The notes: generated by a model not told the origin, from the sequence alone. Counted from the stretch's first letter, positions 11,393 through 20,552 are shown. The stretch is DNA of 64,000 nt from Humibacter sp. (GCF_035547335.1 NZ_DASZVF010000067.1:21768-85767); one strand, 5' to 3'. Numbers and translations are program-made.

Positions 11393-11458
11393 CTCCTTCG
11401 CGGGCGGCTCCGTACTCCTCCGTGGGCGGCACCGTGCTCCTCCGCGGGCGGCGCCGCC
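11393..11458. repeat. tandem 22-bp direct repeat x3
   Basis: CTCCTTCGCGGGCGGCTCCGTA / CTCCTCCGTGGGCGGCACCGTG / CTCCTCCGCGGGCGGCGCCGCC. The array ends 18 nt before the aldose-epimerase ATG. Confidence 0.8.
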
Positions 11459-11475
11459 GCATCTAGGCTTGGGTC

Positions 11476-12447
11476 ATGCGCGCACCAACCGGGGATCAGT
11501 ACGAACTCACGTGCGACACGCCCGACGGGCAGGCGAAGGCGGTCATCACGCAGTTGGCTGCCGGCATCCGCTCCTACTCCGTCGGCGGCATCGACGTCAC
11601 TGAACCGTTCGACGAGGCCTCGACCCCGCCGTCCGGTTGCGGGATCGTGCTCGTCCCCTGGCCGAACCGCGTGAAGGATGCCACCTGGTGGCTGCGCGAC
11701 GAGTCCGGGTCGGTCTCAGAGCAGAAGCTCGCCGTCACGGAGCCGGCGCGCGGTAACGCCATCCACGGGCTGTTGCGCTACTCGCCGTACCTGCCCGTTC
11801 TGCGCGGCAGGGAATCCATCACGCTGGGCGCGACGGTCTACCCGCAGCTCGGGTATCCGTTCCTGCTCGACACGACGGTGCGGTACAGCCTGAGCGCCGA
11901 CGGTCTCACCGTCGAGCACACCATCGTGAACGCAGGGCAGAGCGACGCTCCGGTCGCGATCGGCGCGCATCCCTACCTCAAGATCGGTGGCGTGGAGACG
12001 GCCGACCTCGTGCTGAAGCTGGATGCGGCGACGCATTTCGAGGTGGACGAGCGCATGAATGTGGTCGACGAGCATCCGGTCGACGGCACGGAGTACGACC
12101 TGCGAGAGGGGCGCCGCGTGGCTGACCTGCGGCTCGACGACGGCTTCGGCGGCGTGCAGCACGAGTCGGGCAGGGCGGAGCATTCGCTGACCGCACCGGA
12201 CGGCCGCAGCGTCACGCTCTGGGCCGACGACTCGTTCGGCTTCGTGCAGGCCTTCACGCACCGCTCGTTCGCCACGCTGCCCCAGGGGCAGGTCGCGGTG
12301 GCGATCGAGCCCATGACGGCTCCCGCGAACGCGCTGAACTCCGGGCAGGGACTGCGCTGGCTGGGCGCGGGGGAGACGATGAAGGCGCGCTGGGGCATTG
12401 CTCCGCTGCTCGGGGCGCACGGCGTTCAGGGCGCGGCGCGGGCCTGA
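11476..12447 (+). CDS. aldose 1-epimerase (galactose mutarotase) family protein
   Basis: 323 aa. VLVPWPNRV, NAIHGL and GAHPYL motifs typical of the aldose epimerase fold, in a gal cluster context. Confidence 0.85.
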   Translation: MRAPTGDQYELTCDTPDGQAKAVITQLAAGIRSYSVGGIDVTEPFDEASTPPSGCGIVLVPWPNRVKDATWWLRDESGSVSEQKLAVTEPARGNAIHGLLRYSPYLPVLRGRESITLGATVYPQLGYPFLLDTTVRYSLSADGLTVEHTIVNAGQSDAPVAIGAHPYLKIGGVETADLVLKLDAATHFEVDERMNVVDEHPVDGTEYDLREGRRVADLRLDDGFGGVQHESGRAEHSLTAPDGRSVTLWADDSFGFVQAFTHRSFATLPQGQVAVAIEPMTAPANALNSGQGLRWLGAGETMKARWGIAPLLGAHGVQGAARA

Positions 12448-12448
12448 T

Positions 12449-13006
12449 ATGGCCAGACCCTCCAGCACCGAGGTCGTGCTCGTCGGGCGTGTTCCCGCCG
12501 AGGTGTTCGGCGAACTCGACTCGCTGCCGAACGTGCGCGCCATCCGTCTGCGGCAGGCAGAGCAGGATGGCGTGGACGAGACGGAGCAGGAGGCGCGCGC
12601 CCACTCGTTCGCCGGGTCGGTGCACGGCCCGTACGCCGTGCACGACGTGGACCCGCTGCACGATGTCGGACGGGCCTGGATCTCGTACTTCGACGAGAGC
12701 GCGCCCGTCGGCACGCTGGAGGTAGCAGTCGAAGCGCTCCTCGGCCGGCTTCGACGTGGGGCGGCGGCGCTCCCCGACTACTTCGTCGTGGTCGAGCCGG
12801 AATCGCTGCCGGTGACGGAGCGTCACTGGTGGCTGGGCGCGGTCTCCGCCGCGGCTCCCAGCCGGGTCGTTCCCGCCCCGGCGACGGCCTCAGGAATAGC
12901 GCACGTGCTCGGAGCGCTTCCCTCAGGCGGATGGTGGCCTGAGGATCAGGCGACCTGGTTGCGTGGACTCGCATCGGTCATTCCCGACCGTGTGGGGCGG
13001 GTCTGA
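12449..13006 (+). CDS. hypothetical protein
   Basis: 185-aa ORF with coding-like composition. Start taken at ATG 12449, just after the epimerase stop. No family recognised. Confidence 0.5.
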   Translation: MARPSSTEVVLVGRVPAEVFGELDSLPNVRAIRLRQAEQDGVDETEQEARAHSFAGSVHGPYAVHDVDPLHDVGRAWISYFDESAPVGTLEVAVEALLGRLRRGAAALPDYFVVVEPESLPVTERHWWLGAVSAAAPSRVVPAPATASGIAHVLGALPSGGWWPEDQATWLRGLASVIPDRVGRV

Positions 13007-13054
13007 CGGGCGGCATCCGGCCGGAGCACCCAGCGCGAGAAGAGGAGAGAACGC

Positions 13055-14053
13055 ATGCACGCTGTTGCGCTGACGTCGGGACTGCCGATCGACGACGAGC
13101 GGAGTCTCATCGACGTGGACCTGCCCGACCCGCAGCCGGGACCGCGTGACGTGCTGGTGGAGGTGCGCGCGGCATCCGTGAACCCCGTCGACGTGAAGCA
13201 GCGCGCCGGAAGCCCCGAGCTGGAGCAGCCGCGCGTGCTCGGCTTCGACGGCGCCGGCGTCGTGCGCGCCGTGGGTGAGGAGGGGACGCTGTTCCGCCCT
13301 GGCGACGAGGTGTGGTGGGCAGGTCAGCTGGACAGGCAGGGGTCGGATGCCGACCTGCAGCTCGTCGACGAACGCATCGTGGGTCGCAAGCCGGCCTCCG
13401 TCGGGTTCGCCCAGGCCGCGGCGCTGCCGCTCACGGCCATCACGGCGTGGGAGTCGCTGTTCCACAAGCTCGGGCTGCACGAGGGGAGCGAGGGCACGCT
13501 TCTCGTGGTCGGTGCGACGGGAGGCGTCGGATCGATCCTGCTACAGCTCGTGCGCGAGCTTCTGCCCGGCGTGCGGACGATCGCCACGGCCTCTGGCGAG
13601 GAGAAGTCGCAGTGGGTGCGCACGCTCGGCGCCTCGGCGACGGCCGACCACCACGGCGACTTCGTGGACGACGTGCTCGCCGCCGCGCCCGACGGCGTCG
13701 ACTGGGTGTTCTCGGCGCACAGCGCAGGCAGGGCGGAGGACTTCGCGCGCGTGCTCAAGCCTTTCGGAGCCGTCGTCGCGATCGACTCCGGAAAGGATGT
13801 CGACTTCGATGCTCTGAAGTCGAAGAGCCTCACCTGGCACTGGGAGCTGATGTTCACGCGTCCCATGCAGCACACCCCTGACATGATCCGGCAGCACGAG
13901 CTGCTGGACGCCGTCGCAGACCTCGTCGACGCAGGCCGGGTCGCCTCGACCGCGACGACGGTGCTGCACGGCTGGGATGCCGCGACCTTCCGGGAGGCAC
14001 ACCGCCTGGTGGAGACGGGACGCACCATGGGCAAGGTGGTCGTCGAGCGCTGA
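13055..14053 (+). CDS. zinc-binding (MDR) dehydrogenase / quinone oxidoreductase family protein
   Basis: 332 aa. VLVEVRAASVNPVD...GATGGVGS Rossmann motif typical of Qor-like MDR enzymes. Confidence 0.85.
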   Translation: MHAVALTSGLPIDDERSLIDVDLPDPQPGPRDVLVEVRAASVNPVDVKQRAGSPELEQPRVLGFDGAGVVRAVGEEGTLFRPGDEVWWAGQLDRQGSDADLQLVDERIVGRKPASVGFAQAAALPLTAITAWESLFHKLGLHEGSEGTLLVVGATGGVGSILLQLVRELLPGVRTIATASGEEKSQWVRTLGASATADHHGDFVDDVLAAAPDGVDWVFSAHSAGRAEDFARVLKPFGAVVAIDSGKDVDFDALKSKSLTWHWELMFTRPMQHTPDMIRQHELLDAVADLVDAGRVASTATTVLHGWDAATFREAHRLVETGRTMGKVVVER

Positions 14054-14078
14054 GCGGCCCGCCGACGGATGCTCGCGC

Positions 14079-15584
14079 CTACTTGGGCGCGACGGCGTTC
14101 GCCTTGATCACGGAGCGGTACCAGCCGAAGCTCTTCTTCGGCGTGCGCTTCTGCGTGAGGTAGTCGACCTGCGCGAGCCCCCAGCGCTGCGTATACCCCT
14201 GCGACCACTCGAAGTTGTCGATCAGCGCCCACACGTAGTGACCCTCCAGAGGCACGCCCGCCTGGATCGCACGTGCGGCCTGCTGGAAGTGCGAGCGCAG
14301 ATAGTCGATGCGCTTGGGGTCGTCGACGCCGTGCTGCAGCACGTCATCCGGCATGCCGTTCTCGGTGATCACGATGGGCGTCTTCTTGTAGTCCTGCTTG
14401 ATACGCGTCAGCAGCTCGTACAGCCCCGGAGCCCAGATCTGCTCCCAGTTCGCCGTCGAGGTCGGGTGGATCTGCACCATCTGCCCGTTGAGGTCGACGC
14501 CCGCGACGCCGTAGTAGTTCACCCCGAGAACGCCGATGGGCGAGGAGATCGTCTTCAAGTCGCCGTCGTGGATGAGAGCCGCGAATCCGCCGGGGTCGGC
14601 CGGAAGCTGCCCGTTCGCCGTGCCGATGGCATCCGTCGGGTAGCTGCCCTTCAGGATCGGATCGAGGAACAGGCGATTCTGCACGGCGTCGACGTTCTTC
14701 GCCTGCTCCTTGGCGGCGGCATCCGTCGGCTTCACCGGCGTGAGGTTGAGCACCGGTCCAATCCGGCCCTTCACGCCGTGCGAGTGGAACGCCTGCACCG
14801 TGAGCCCGTGCGCCAGCAGCTGGTGGTGCACGGTGGCCGCCGCCTTGTCCGGCTCCATCAGGCCGGGGGCGTCTGTGCCGTACCAGTAGCCGTTGTACGC
14901 CTGGGTCTTCGGCTCGTTGAGCGTGAACCAGTCGGCATCCACGTCGGAGAAGGCGCCGAACACGATGTCGACGTAGTCCGCGAATCGGTTAGCCGTGTCG
15001 CGGATGGGCCAGCCGCCGGCATCCTGCAGAGGCTGGGGGAGGTCCCAGTGATACAGCGTGATGGCGGGGCGGATGCCGCGCTCGAGCAGTCCGTCGATGA
15101 GCCCCTTGTAGAAGTCGAGGCCCTTCTGGTTGCTCGCACCGGACCCGGTCGGCTGGATGCGCGGCCAGGCCATCGAGAACCGGTAACCGCCAACGCCGAG
15201 CGACGCCAGCAGATCGAGGTCGGTTCGCCAGCGATGGTAGTGATCGGCCGCGACATCGCCTGACGAGTGATCGGCGATGGCGTCGCCGCGCTCGTGACAG
15301 AACGTGTCCCAGATGGAGGGCCCTCTGCCGTCTTCGTTCCACGCGCCCTCGATCTGATAGGCGCTCGTGGCGGCGCCCCACACGTATCCCTTCGGGAAAC
15401 GCATCGGCGAAGCGGGCGGCGTCCAGGTCGCCTTCGCGTGCTGCGGCGTCGGGGTGCATCCGGCGAGCGTCGACGTGAGGAGGCCGCCGGCCGCGACCGC
15501 GCCCGCCATGCCGATGAAGCCTCGCCTGCTGAACGATTCCGCGTTGCCCACGAGCCGCCTTCGCCTCGGCTCTCCGGCGCGCAC
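14079..15584 (-). CDS. GH1 beta-glucosidase with Tat signal and lipobox
   Basis: GH1 catalytic motifs TLNEP (acid/base) and ITENG (nucleophile). The N-terminus FSRRGFIG...LAGC gives a twin-arginine motif plus lipobox. The in-frame GTG at 15551 is a plausible alternative start. Confidence 0.9.
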   Translation of the reverse strand: MRAGEPRRRRLVGNAESFSRRGFIGMAGAVAAGGLLTSTLAGCTPTPQHAKATWTPPASPMRFPKGYVWGAATSAYQIEGAWNEDGRGPSIWDTFCHERGDAIADHSSGDVAADHYHRWRTDLDLLASLGVGGYRFSMAWPRIQPTGSGASNQKGLDFYKGLIDGLLERGIRPAITLYHWDLPQPLQDAGGWPIRDTANRFADYVDIVFGAFSDVDADWFTLNEPKTQAYNGYWYGTDAPGLMEPDKAAATVHHQLLAHGLTVQAFHSHGVKGRIGPVLNLTPVKPTDAAAKEQAKNVDAVQNRLFLDPILKGSYPTDAIGTANGQLPADPGGFAALIHDGDLKTISSPIGVLGVNYYGVAGVDLNGQMVQIHPTSTANWEQIWAPGLYELLTRIKQDYKKTPIVITENGMPDDVLQHGVDDPKRIDYLRSHFQQAARAIQAGVPLEGHYVWALIDNFEWSQGYTQRWGLAQVDYLTQKRTPKKSFGWYRSVIKANAVAPK

Positions 15585-15592
15585 CGCACCTC

Positions 15593-15606
15593 AGAGAGCG
15601 CTCTCT
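15593..15606. promoter_or_regulatory. perfect 14-bp palindrome AGAGAGCGCTCTCT (LacI/CebR-type operator candidate)
   Basis: Read directly. Its core GAGCGCTC equals the core of the Streptomyces CebR box TGGGAGCGCTCCCA. It lies 9-42 nt upstream of the candidate GH1 starts. Confidence 0.4.
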
Positions 15607-15760
15607 TTCAGGATGCGCCCAGCATAGTGATTCCGCGGCCGCCGTCGCTAGCGCGAGGGTGTCATCCGAACCTGTCGTGGGCGCGGCCGGCACGGTGCGC
15701 CAGCGCGAGGGCCCGACCAGGAACCCGCACTGGCGCGACGGCGGAGCCGGGGGTCGCGGC

Positions 15761-16468
15761 TCAGCCTTCGCCGACTCCCTCGATGACCGAGTTCTTCGGC
15801 TTGAGCGAGCCGCCGGTGGCCAGTCGCATCAGATCGCTCTCGAGGTCGATCCCGAGCTCGGTGCCGCCTGCGCTGCCGTACTCGTGCTGGTAGCTGCGCC
15901 AGCTCGAGTCCCGCACGTTACGCTCGAAGCCGCTCTCCATGAGCAGCACGAGCTCGTACGCCGCGCGGTCCACGCGCGATGCGAGGGCCTTGTCCTGCCA
16001 GTCCTCGGTGGAGGCGAACACCGACGTCGGCACGCTCAGCGCCCTCAGGTAGGCGAAGAGCGACCGCATCTGCTCGTCCACCACCAGGGCGTGGCGGGCG
16101 GTGCCCGCAGTGGCAGCCAGCGCCACCGGCTTGGCGATCAGAAGGTCGTTGTCGAGCACTTGGAAGAACGAGCTGAACAGGCCGCTCGGCCCCGCCTTGT
16201 ACACGGGGGTGCTGGCGATCACGCCATCGGCCGAGCGGAGCGCCTCGACGGCGGCTGTGAACCGCGGACCGAGCAGACCGGATGCGAGCGCGCCGGACAG
16301 CTCCGGCAGCAGGTCCCGTAGGTCCACTGTGATCAGGCGTACCGTGTGGCCGCGCCGCTCGGCGATGTCCCGCGCCGACTGCGCGATCCTGTCGCCCAGG
16401 AGCTTCGTCGACGACGGGTCGCTGATTCCCGCGTTGACGACGGCGAGCGTGAAGCTCTGCGGCTCCAT
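15761..16468 (-). CDS. NADPH-dependent FMN reductase (LLM-partnered type)
   Basis: 235 aa. The N-terminus VVNAGISDPSSTKLL and the flavodoxin-like pattern fit this family. It lies immediately downstream of a luciferase-like monooxygenase. Confidence 0.8.
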   Translation of the reverse strand: MEPQSFTLAVVNAGISDPSSTKLLGDRIAQSARDIAERRGHTVRLITVDLRDLLPELSGALASGLLGPRFTAAVEALRSADGVIASTPVYKAGPSGLFSSFFQVLDNDLLIAKPVALAATAGTARHALVVDEQMRSLFAYLRALSVPTSVFASTEDWQDKALASRVDRAAYELVLLMESGFERNVRDSSWRSYQHEYGSAGGTELGIDLESDLMRLATGGSLKPKNSVIEGVGEG

Positions 16469-16469
16469 C

Positions 16470-17657
16470 TCAGTCTCCCTCCACGACGCCTGCGCCGGCC
16501 GTCTCGGTGTCCTGGTACGGGGAACCGCCCGTCACGTTGTCGCCGCGATTCGCGTTCGGACGCGGCTGGCGGGGTGCGGCGTCGCCGTACTTGGCCTTGA
16601 CCAGGCTCGCGTGAGTGGGAGCATCCGGTACCTCGGGGTCGCGCAGGGCGTCGAACTCGCGGCGCAGCACGGGCACCACCTCGCTCCCTAGCAGCTCGAT
16701 CTGGTCGAGCACCGTGCCGATGGGCAGGCCGGCGTGGTCGACGAGGAAGAGCTGGCGCTGGTAGTCGCCGACGTAGTCGCGGAATCCCAGCGTCTTGTCG
16801 ATGACCTCCTGCGGGCTGCCGACGGTGAGCGGCGTCATATCGGTGAACTGCTCCATGGTGGGGCCGTTGCCGTACACCGGGGCCTCGTCGAAGTAGGGAC
16901 GGAACTCGCGCTTGGCATCCTGCGAGTTCTTCGCGATGTATGTCTGGCCGCCCAGTCCGACGATGGCCTGCTTGGCGCTGCCGTGTCCGTAGTGCTCGAA
17001 GCGCTGGCGGTAGAACTCCACCATGCGCTGGGTGTGCTCCTTGGGCCAGAAGATGTGGTTGGCGAAGAAGCCGTCGCCGTAGAACGCGGCCTGCTCGGCG
17101 ATCTCGGGCGTGCGGATGGAGCCGTGCCACACGAAGGGCGGCACGTCATCCAGAGGTCGCGGCACCGACGTGAATCCCTGAAGCGGAGTGCGGAAGTGGC
17201 CTTCCCAGTCCACGACGTCCTCGCGCCAGAGGCTGTGCAGCAGGTTGTAGTGCTCGAGGGCGAGCGGGAGGCCCTGGCGGATGTCCTGCCCGAACCACGG
17301 GTAGACCGGCGCGGTGTTCCCGCGGCCGAGCATGAGATCCATGCGGCCCTTCGACAGGTGCTGCAGCATGGCGTACTCCTCGGCGATGCGCACCGGGTCG
17401 TTCGTCGTGATGAGCGTCGTCGACGTCGTCACGATCAGCCGCTTCGTCAGGGCCGCGATGTGGGCGAGGAGCGTCGTCGGCGACGAGGAGAAGAAGGGCG
17501 GATTGTGGTGCTCGCCGATCGCGAAGACATCCAGGCCCACCTCCTCGGCTTTCAACGCCATCTGGACCGTGGCGTCGATGCGCTCGGCCTCGCTGGGCGT
17601 GACGCCCGTCGTCGGGTCGCGCGTGATATCGCTGACCGAGAAGATGCCGAACTGCAT
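16470..17657 (-). CDS. LLM-class (luciferase-like) flavin-dependent oxidoreductase
   Basis: 395 aa. MQFGIFSV...GLDVFAIGEHHNPPF is the typical LLM N-terminus. Confidence 0.85.
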   Translation of the reverse strand: MQFGIFSVSDITRDPTTGVTPSEAERIDATVQMALKAEEVGLDVFAIGEHHNPPFFSSSPTTLLAHIAALTKRLIVTTSTTLITTNDPVRIAEEYAMLQHLSKGRMDLMLGRGNTAPVYPWFGQDIRQGLPLALEHYNLLHSLWREDVVDWEGHFRTPLQGFTSVPRPLDDVPPFVWHGSIRTPEIAEQAAFYGDGFFANHIFWPKEHTQRMVEFYRQRFEHYGHGSAKQAIVGLGGQTYIAKNSQDAKREFRPYFDEAPVYGNGPTMEQFTDMTPLTVGSPQEVIDKTLGFRDYVGDYQRQLFLVDHAGLPIGTVLDQIELLGSEVVPVLRREFDALRDPEVPDAPTHASLVKAKYGDAAPRQPRPNANRGDNVTGGSPYQDTETAGAGVVEGD

Positions 17658-17810
17658 TGGGATGCCCCCTCGTCGGAACCGCAGAGCGGTTCATTGTCGT
17701 GTGTATGCGTTTGCATAGACATGGAACGCGCGACCCAGGTCCATCATTCCCCGCTGCGACTCGAAATGCAGCCGGTCCACAGGCACGGGCCGCATCGATA
17801 GCGTCGAGTC

Positions 17811-18671
17811 GTGTTCGAGGGGGTCACCGAAGAGACGATCGAGTTAGGTGAATCCAGCGTGTTCCTCCGCCGCGGTGGGAGAGGATCGCCTGTCGTGCTC
17901 CTGCACGGGCATCCGCGGACATCCGCCACCTGGCATCGGGTCGCCCCTCTGGTCGCGGCAGCCGGCCACACCGTCATCTGCCCGGACCTCCGGGGTTACG
18001 GACGCTCGCGCGGTCCCGCCGCGACCGCCGACCACCGGCCCCACTCGAAACGGGCGATGGCCCGCGACATCCTCGCTCTGCTCGATCGACTGGGTCATGA
18101 CCAGGCGGATGTCGTCGGGCATGACCGGGGCAGCTACGTCGCCATGCGCCTGGCGATGGACGAGCCGGACCGGGTTCGCAGGCTGGTACTGATGGACTGT
18201 CTGCCCATCACGGAGCATCTCGACCGCATCACACCCGCTTTCGCCACGGCGTGGTGGCACTGGTTCTTCTACGCACAACCCGACAAGCCGGAGCGCGCGA
18301 TCCTCGCGGACCCGGACAGCTGGTACCGGGGTGACCCAGAATCCATGGGCGCCGAGAACTTCGCCGAACGTCGTGCCGCGATTCACCACCCCGACGTCGT
18401 GCGAGCGATGATCGAGGACTATCGCGCGGGCCTCACCGTGAACGTCGAGGATGAACGTGCCGACCGCAGGGAAGGACGGCGTCTCAGCATGCCGCTGCTG
18501 GTGCTGTGGTCGGAACGCGACGACCTGGTCGACCTCTTCGGCGACCCCATCCCGATCTGGAAGAGCTGGGCCGACCAGGTGCAGGGGCGCGGCATCGACT
18601 CAGGCCACCACGTCGCCGAGGAGCAGCCCGAGCTGCTCGCCGCAGCACTCGCGGAGTTCTTGCGGAGCTGA
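17811..18671 (+). CDS. alpha/beta hydrolase (haloacetate dehalogenase/epoxide hydrolase-like)
   Basis: LLHGHPRTSATW and the GHDRGSYVA nucleophile-elbow (Asp) pattern. Confidence 0.85.
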   Translation: MFEGVTEETIELGESSVFLRRGGRGSPVVLLHGHPRTSATWHRVAPLVAAAGHTVICPDLRGYGRSRGPAATADHRPHSKRAMARDILALLDRLGHDQADVVGHDRGSYVAMRLAMDEPDRVRRLVLMDCLPITEHLDRITPAFATAWWHWFFYAQPDKPERAILADPDSWYRGDPESMGAENFAERRAAIHHPDVVRAMIEDYRAGLTVNVEDERADRREGRRLSMPLLVLWSERDDLVDLFGDPIPIWKSWADQVQGRGIDSGHHVAEEQPELLAAALAEFLRS

Positions 18672-18819
18672 GCGGGGGCAGGACGTGGACCAGCATCGCC
18701 GTAAGACTGACGAGCGACCACAATCCGGCAAGGGAGTCACTAGGGCATTCCTCGGCGCGCTACCAGGTATCGGTCAGCGCGATCAACGAGCAGTACCACG
18801 CACTGGTCGGGGACTGACA

Positions 18820-19119
18820 TCAGGCGCTGAGCGGCTGGATTGTGTTGAGCGAGGCGGTTGCGCGTGCGAGGGCGAGGTCGTAGCCCTCCTGCAACCGGAG
18901 CCAGAACTGCGGGGTGGTGCCGAAGAAGGCGCTGAGGCGCAGGGCGGTGTCGGCGGTGATCGCCTGGCGGCCGCGGATGATTCGGGAGATGCGGGACTGG
19001 TCGACGCCGATGCGCTTGGCCAACTCGTACTGGGTCACCCCGAGCGGCACGAGGAACTCCTCGAGCAGGATCTCACCCGGCGTGGACAAGTCGTCAGTGA
19101 TAGTCGATGAATGCGACAT
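18820..19119 (-). CDS. higA: HigA-family antitoxin (XRE HTH)
   Basis: PGEILLEEFLVPLGVTQYELAKRIGVDQSRISRIIRGRQAITADTALRLSAFFGTTPQFWLRLQ is the canonical HigA pattern. Confidence 0.85.
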   Translation of the reverse strand: MSHSSTITDDLSTPGEILLEEFLVPLGVTQYELAKRIGVDQSRISRIIRGRQAITADTALRLSAFFGTTPQFWLRLQEGYDLALARATASLNTIQPLSA

Positions 19120-19378
19120 CGTGTGCCTCTCCTCCGTCCCAGTTGAAGACCAGGCGCCGCTTGTCGGTCACCCGGATGCTGTAGCTGCCCGCACGGTCTC
19201 CTTGCAGCTTCTCGAGGTGGTTTGAGGGCGGAACCCTCAGGTCGTTCAGCTCGGCCGCCGCGTCAAGCATCTGAAGCTTGCGCACCAAACGTTTTCGCAC
19301 GTCGGCCGGCACGCGCCGCGGGGCCGGACCGCCGAGCCAATACGACTCGACGTCCCGATCCGCGAACCGCACATGCAT
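19094..19378 (-). CDS. higB: HigB/RelE-family toxin (plasmid maintenance system killer)
   Basis: 94 aa. LQMLDAA..LNDLRVPPSNHLEKLQGDRAGSYSIRV...RLVF is the typical HigB pattern. Toxin-first order, with a 26-nt overlap with higA. Confidence 0.85.
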   Translation of the reverse strand: MHVRFADRDVESYWLGGPAPRRVPADVRKRLVRKLQMLDAAAELNDLRVPPSNHLEKLQGDRAGSYSIRVTDKRRLVFNWDGGEAHDVAFIDYH

Positions 19379-19641
19379 AATGCTAGCGCATCACGCAAGT
19401 ATCAAGGTCCTTTGCCTCCCGGATTCGTGCGGTGCTGCCGTGTCTCGGAGCATGCCGCTCGTGGCCGCACCCCACGCAAACTGCGCGATTCCGCGACGAC
19501 GGCGTGGCTCTTCGTGAGTCGACCCTGCAGGCAGCGATAGAAGCCCGCGGAACCAATTCCGGAGCGTGCGGGCTGGATGCGCGCCCACGTCGTATTCGGA
19601 GCGGTGTCGGTGGGTTGGGTGAGCGCTGTCAGAATGTCGCC

Positions 19642-20552
19642 ATGGTCAGCCGTCCCGTTTCTCGCCGCGTCGTGTTGGGAACCGGTATCGGGATTGCCGC
19701 GGGCGCTGTACTCGCCGGTGCCGGCCTCGCCGTCAATGAGAATCTGCTTCCTGGGCGATCCACCATGTACCGCGCGCTCGGCCTTGACGGGCCCGACGGC
19801 GTCGTTCCGGCGATCGCGTCCGGCCCGCTGGTCGCCGGATCGCTCACGTCAAAGCATATGGGTGGTCGCCAGGTCGGGTACGAGATCGCGTACCCACCGG
19901 GCACGAAACCCGGGGCTGAGTTGCCCGTCGCTGTAGTTCTGCACGGATACGGTGACGACCAAAGGGCCGCGTTCTCGCCATCAATGCGTTTCGATGCCTA
20001 TCTCGCGCAGGCGGTCCAGACGCGTAAGCCGTTCGCGCTGGCATCCGTCGCTGGGGTAACGGCTACTGGCATCCGCGGGCAGACGGAACGGATGCCGGCG
20101 CGATGGTCGTCGACGACTTGCTTCCGCAACTCGCGGCGCGGGGCCTGCGCGGGGGGCGGGCTGATCGCATCGCCCTCATGGGCTGGTCGATGGGAGGCTA
20201 CGGTGTGCTCCGACTCGGCGGTTTACTCGGAAACTCGCGGGTTGCCGCGGTCGCGGCCGAGAGCCCGGCCCTGTGGCACACGTTCGGCCAGGCTGCCAAA
20301 GGCGCCTTCGACGACGCGGCGGACTTCGCGCGCAACACCGTTTTCGGGCGCCAGTCTGACTTGGCCGGCGTCGCCGTCCGGATCGATTGCGGCACGGGCG
20401 ACGGCTTCTACCCCAACGCCCGCGACTATGCCGCCGGCTTCTCAGCGCGTCCCGCCGGCGGTTTCGAACCCGGGGCCCACGACCCCGGGTTCTGGCGCCG
20501 CCTCGCTCCCGCACAGCTGGCGTTCGTTGGCGACGCACTCACAGCGGCATAG
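19642..20552 (+). pseudogene. Tat-signal esterase (alpha/beta hydrolase, GWSMGG nucleophile elbow) interrupted by a 1-nt frameshift
   Basis: The N-terminal part (frame of ORF 19432, from ATG 19642: MVSRPVSRRVVLGTG...FALASVAG) continues sensibly only in the frame of ORF 20103 (GNGYWHPRADGTDAGAMVVDD...LMGWSMGGYG). The switch is at the G4 run 20053-20056. Confidence 0.75.

Noticed and set aside
19094-19119. The 26-nt overlap of higB and higA as evidence of a frameshift or mis-annotation.
   Set aside because: Both proteins are full length with intact family motifs, and overlapping toxin/antitoxin genes are common.
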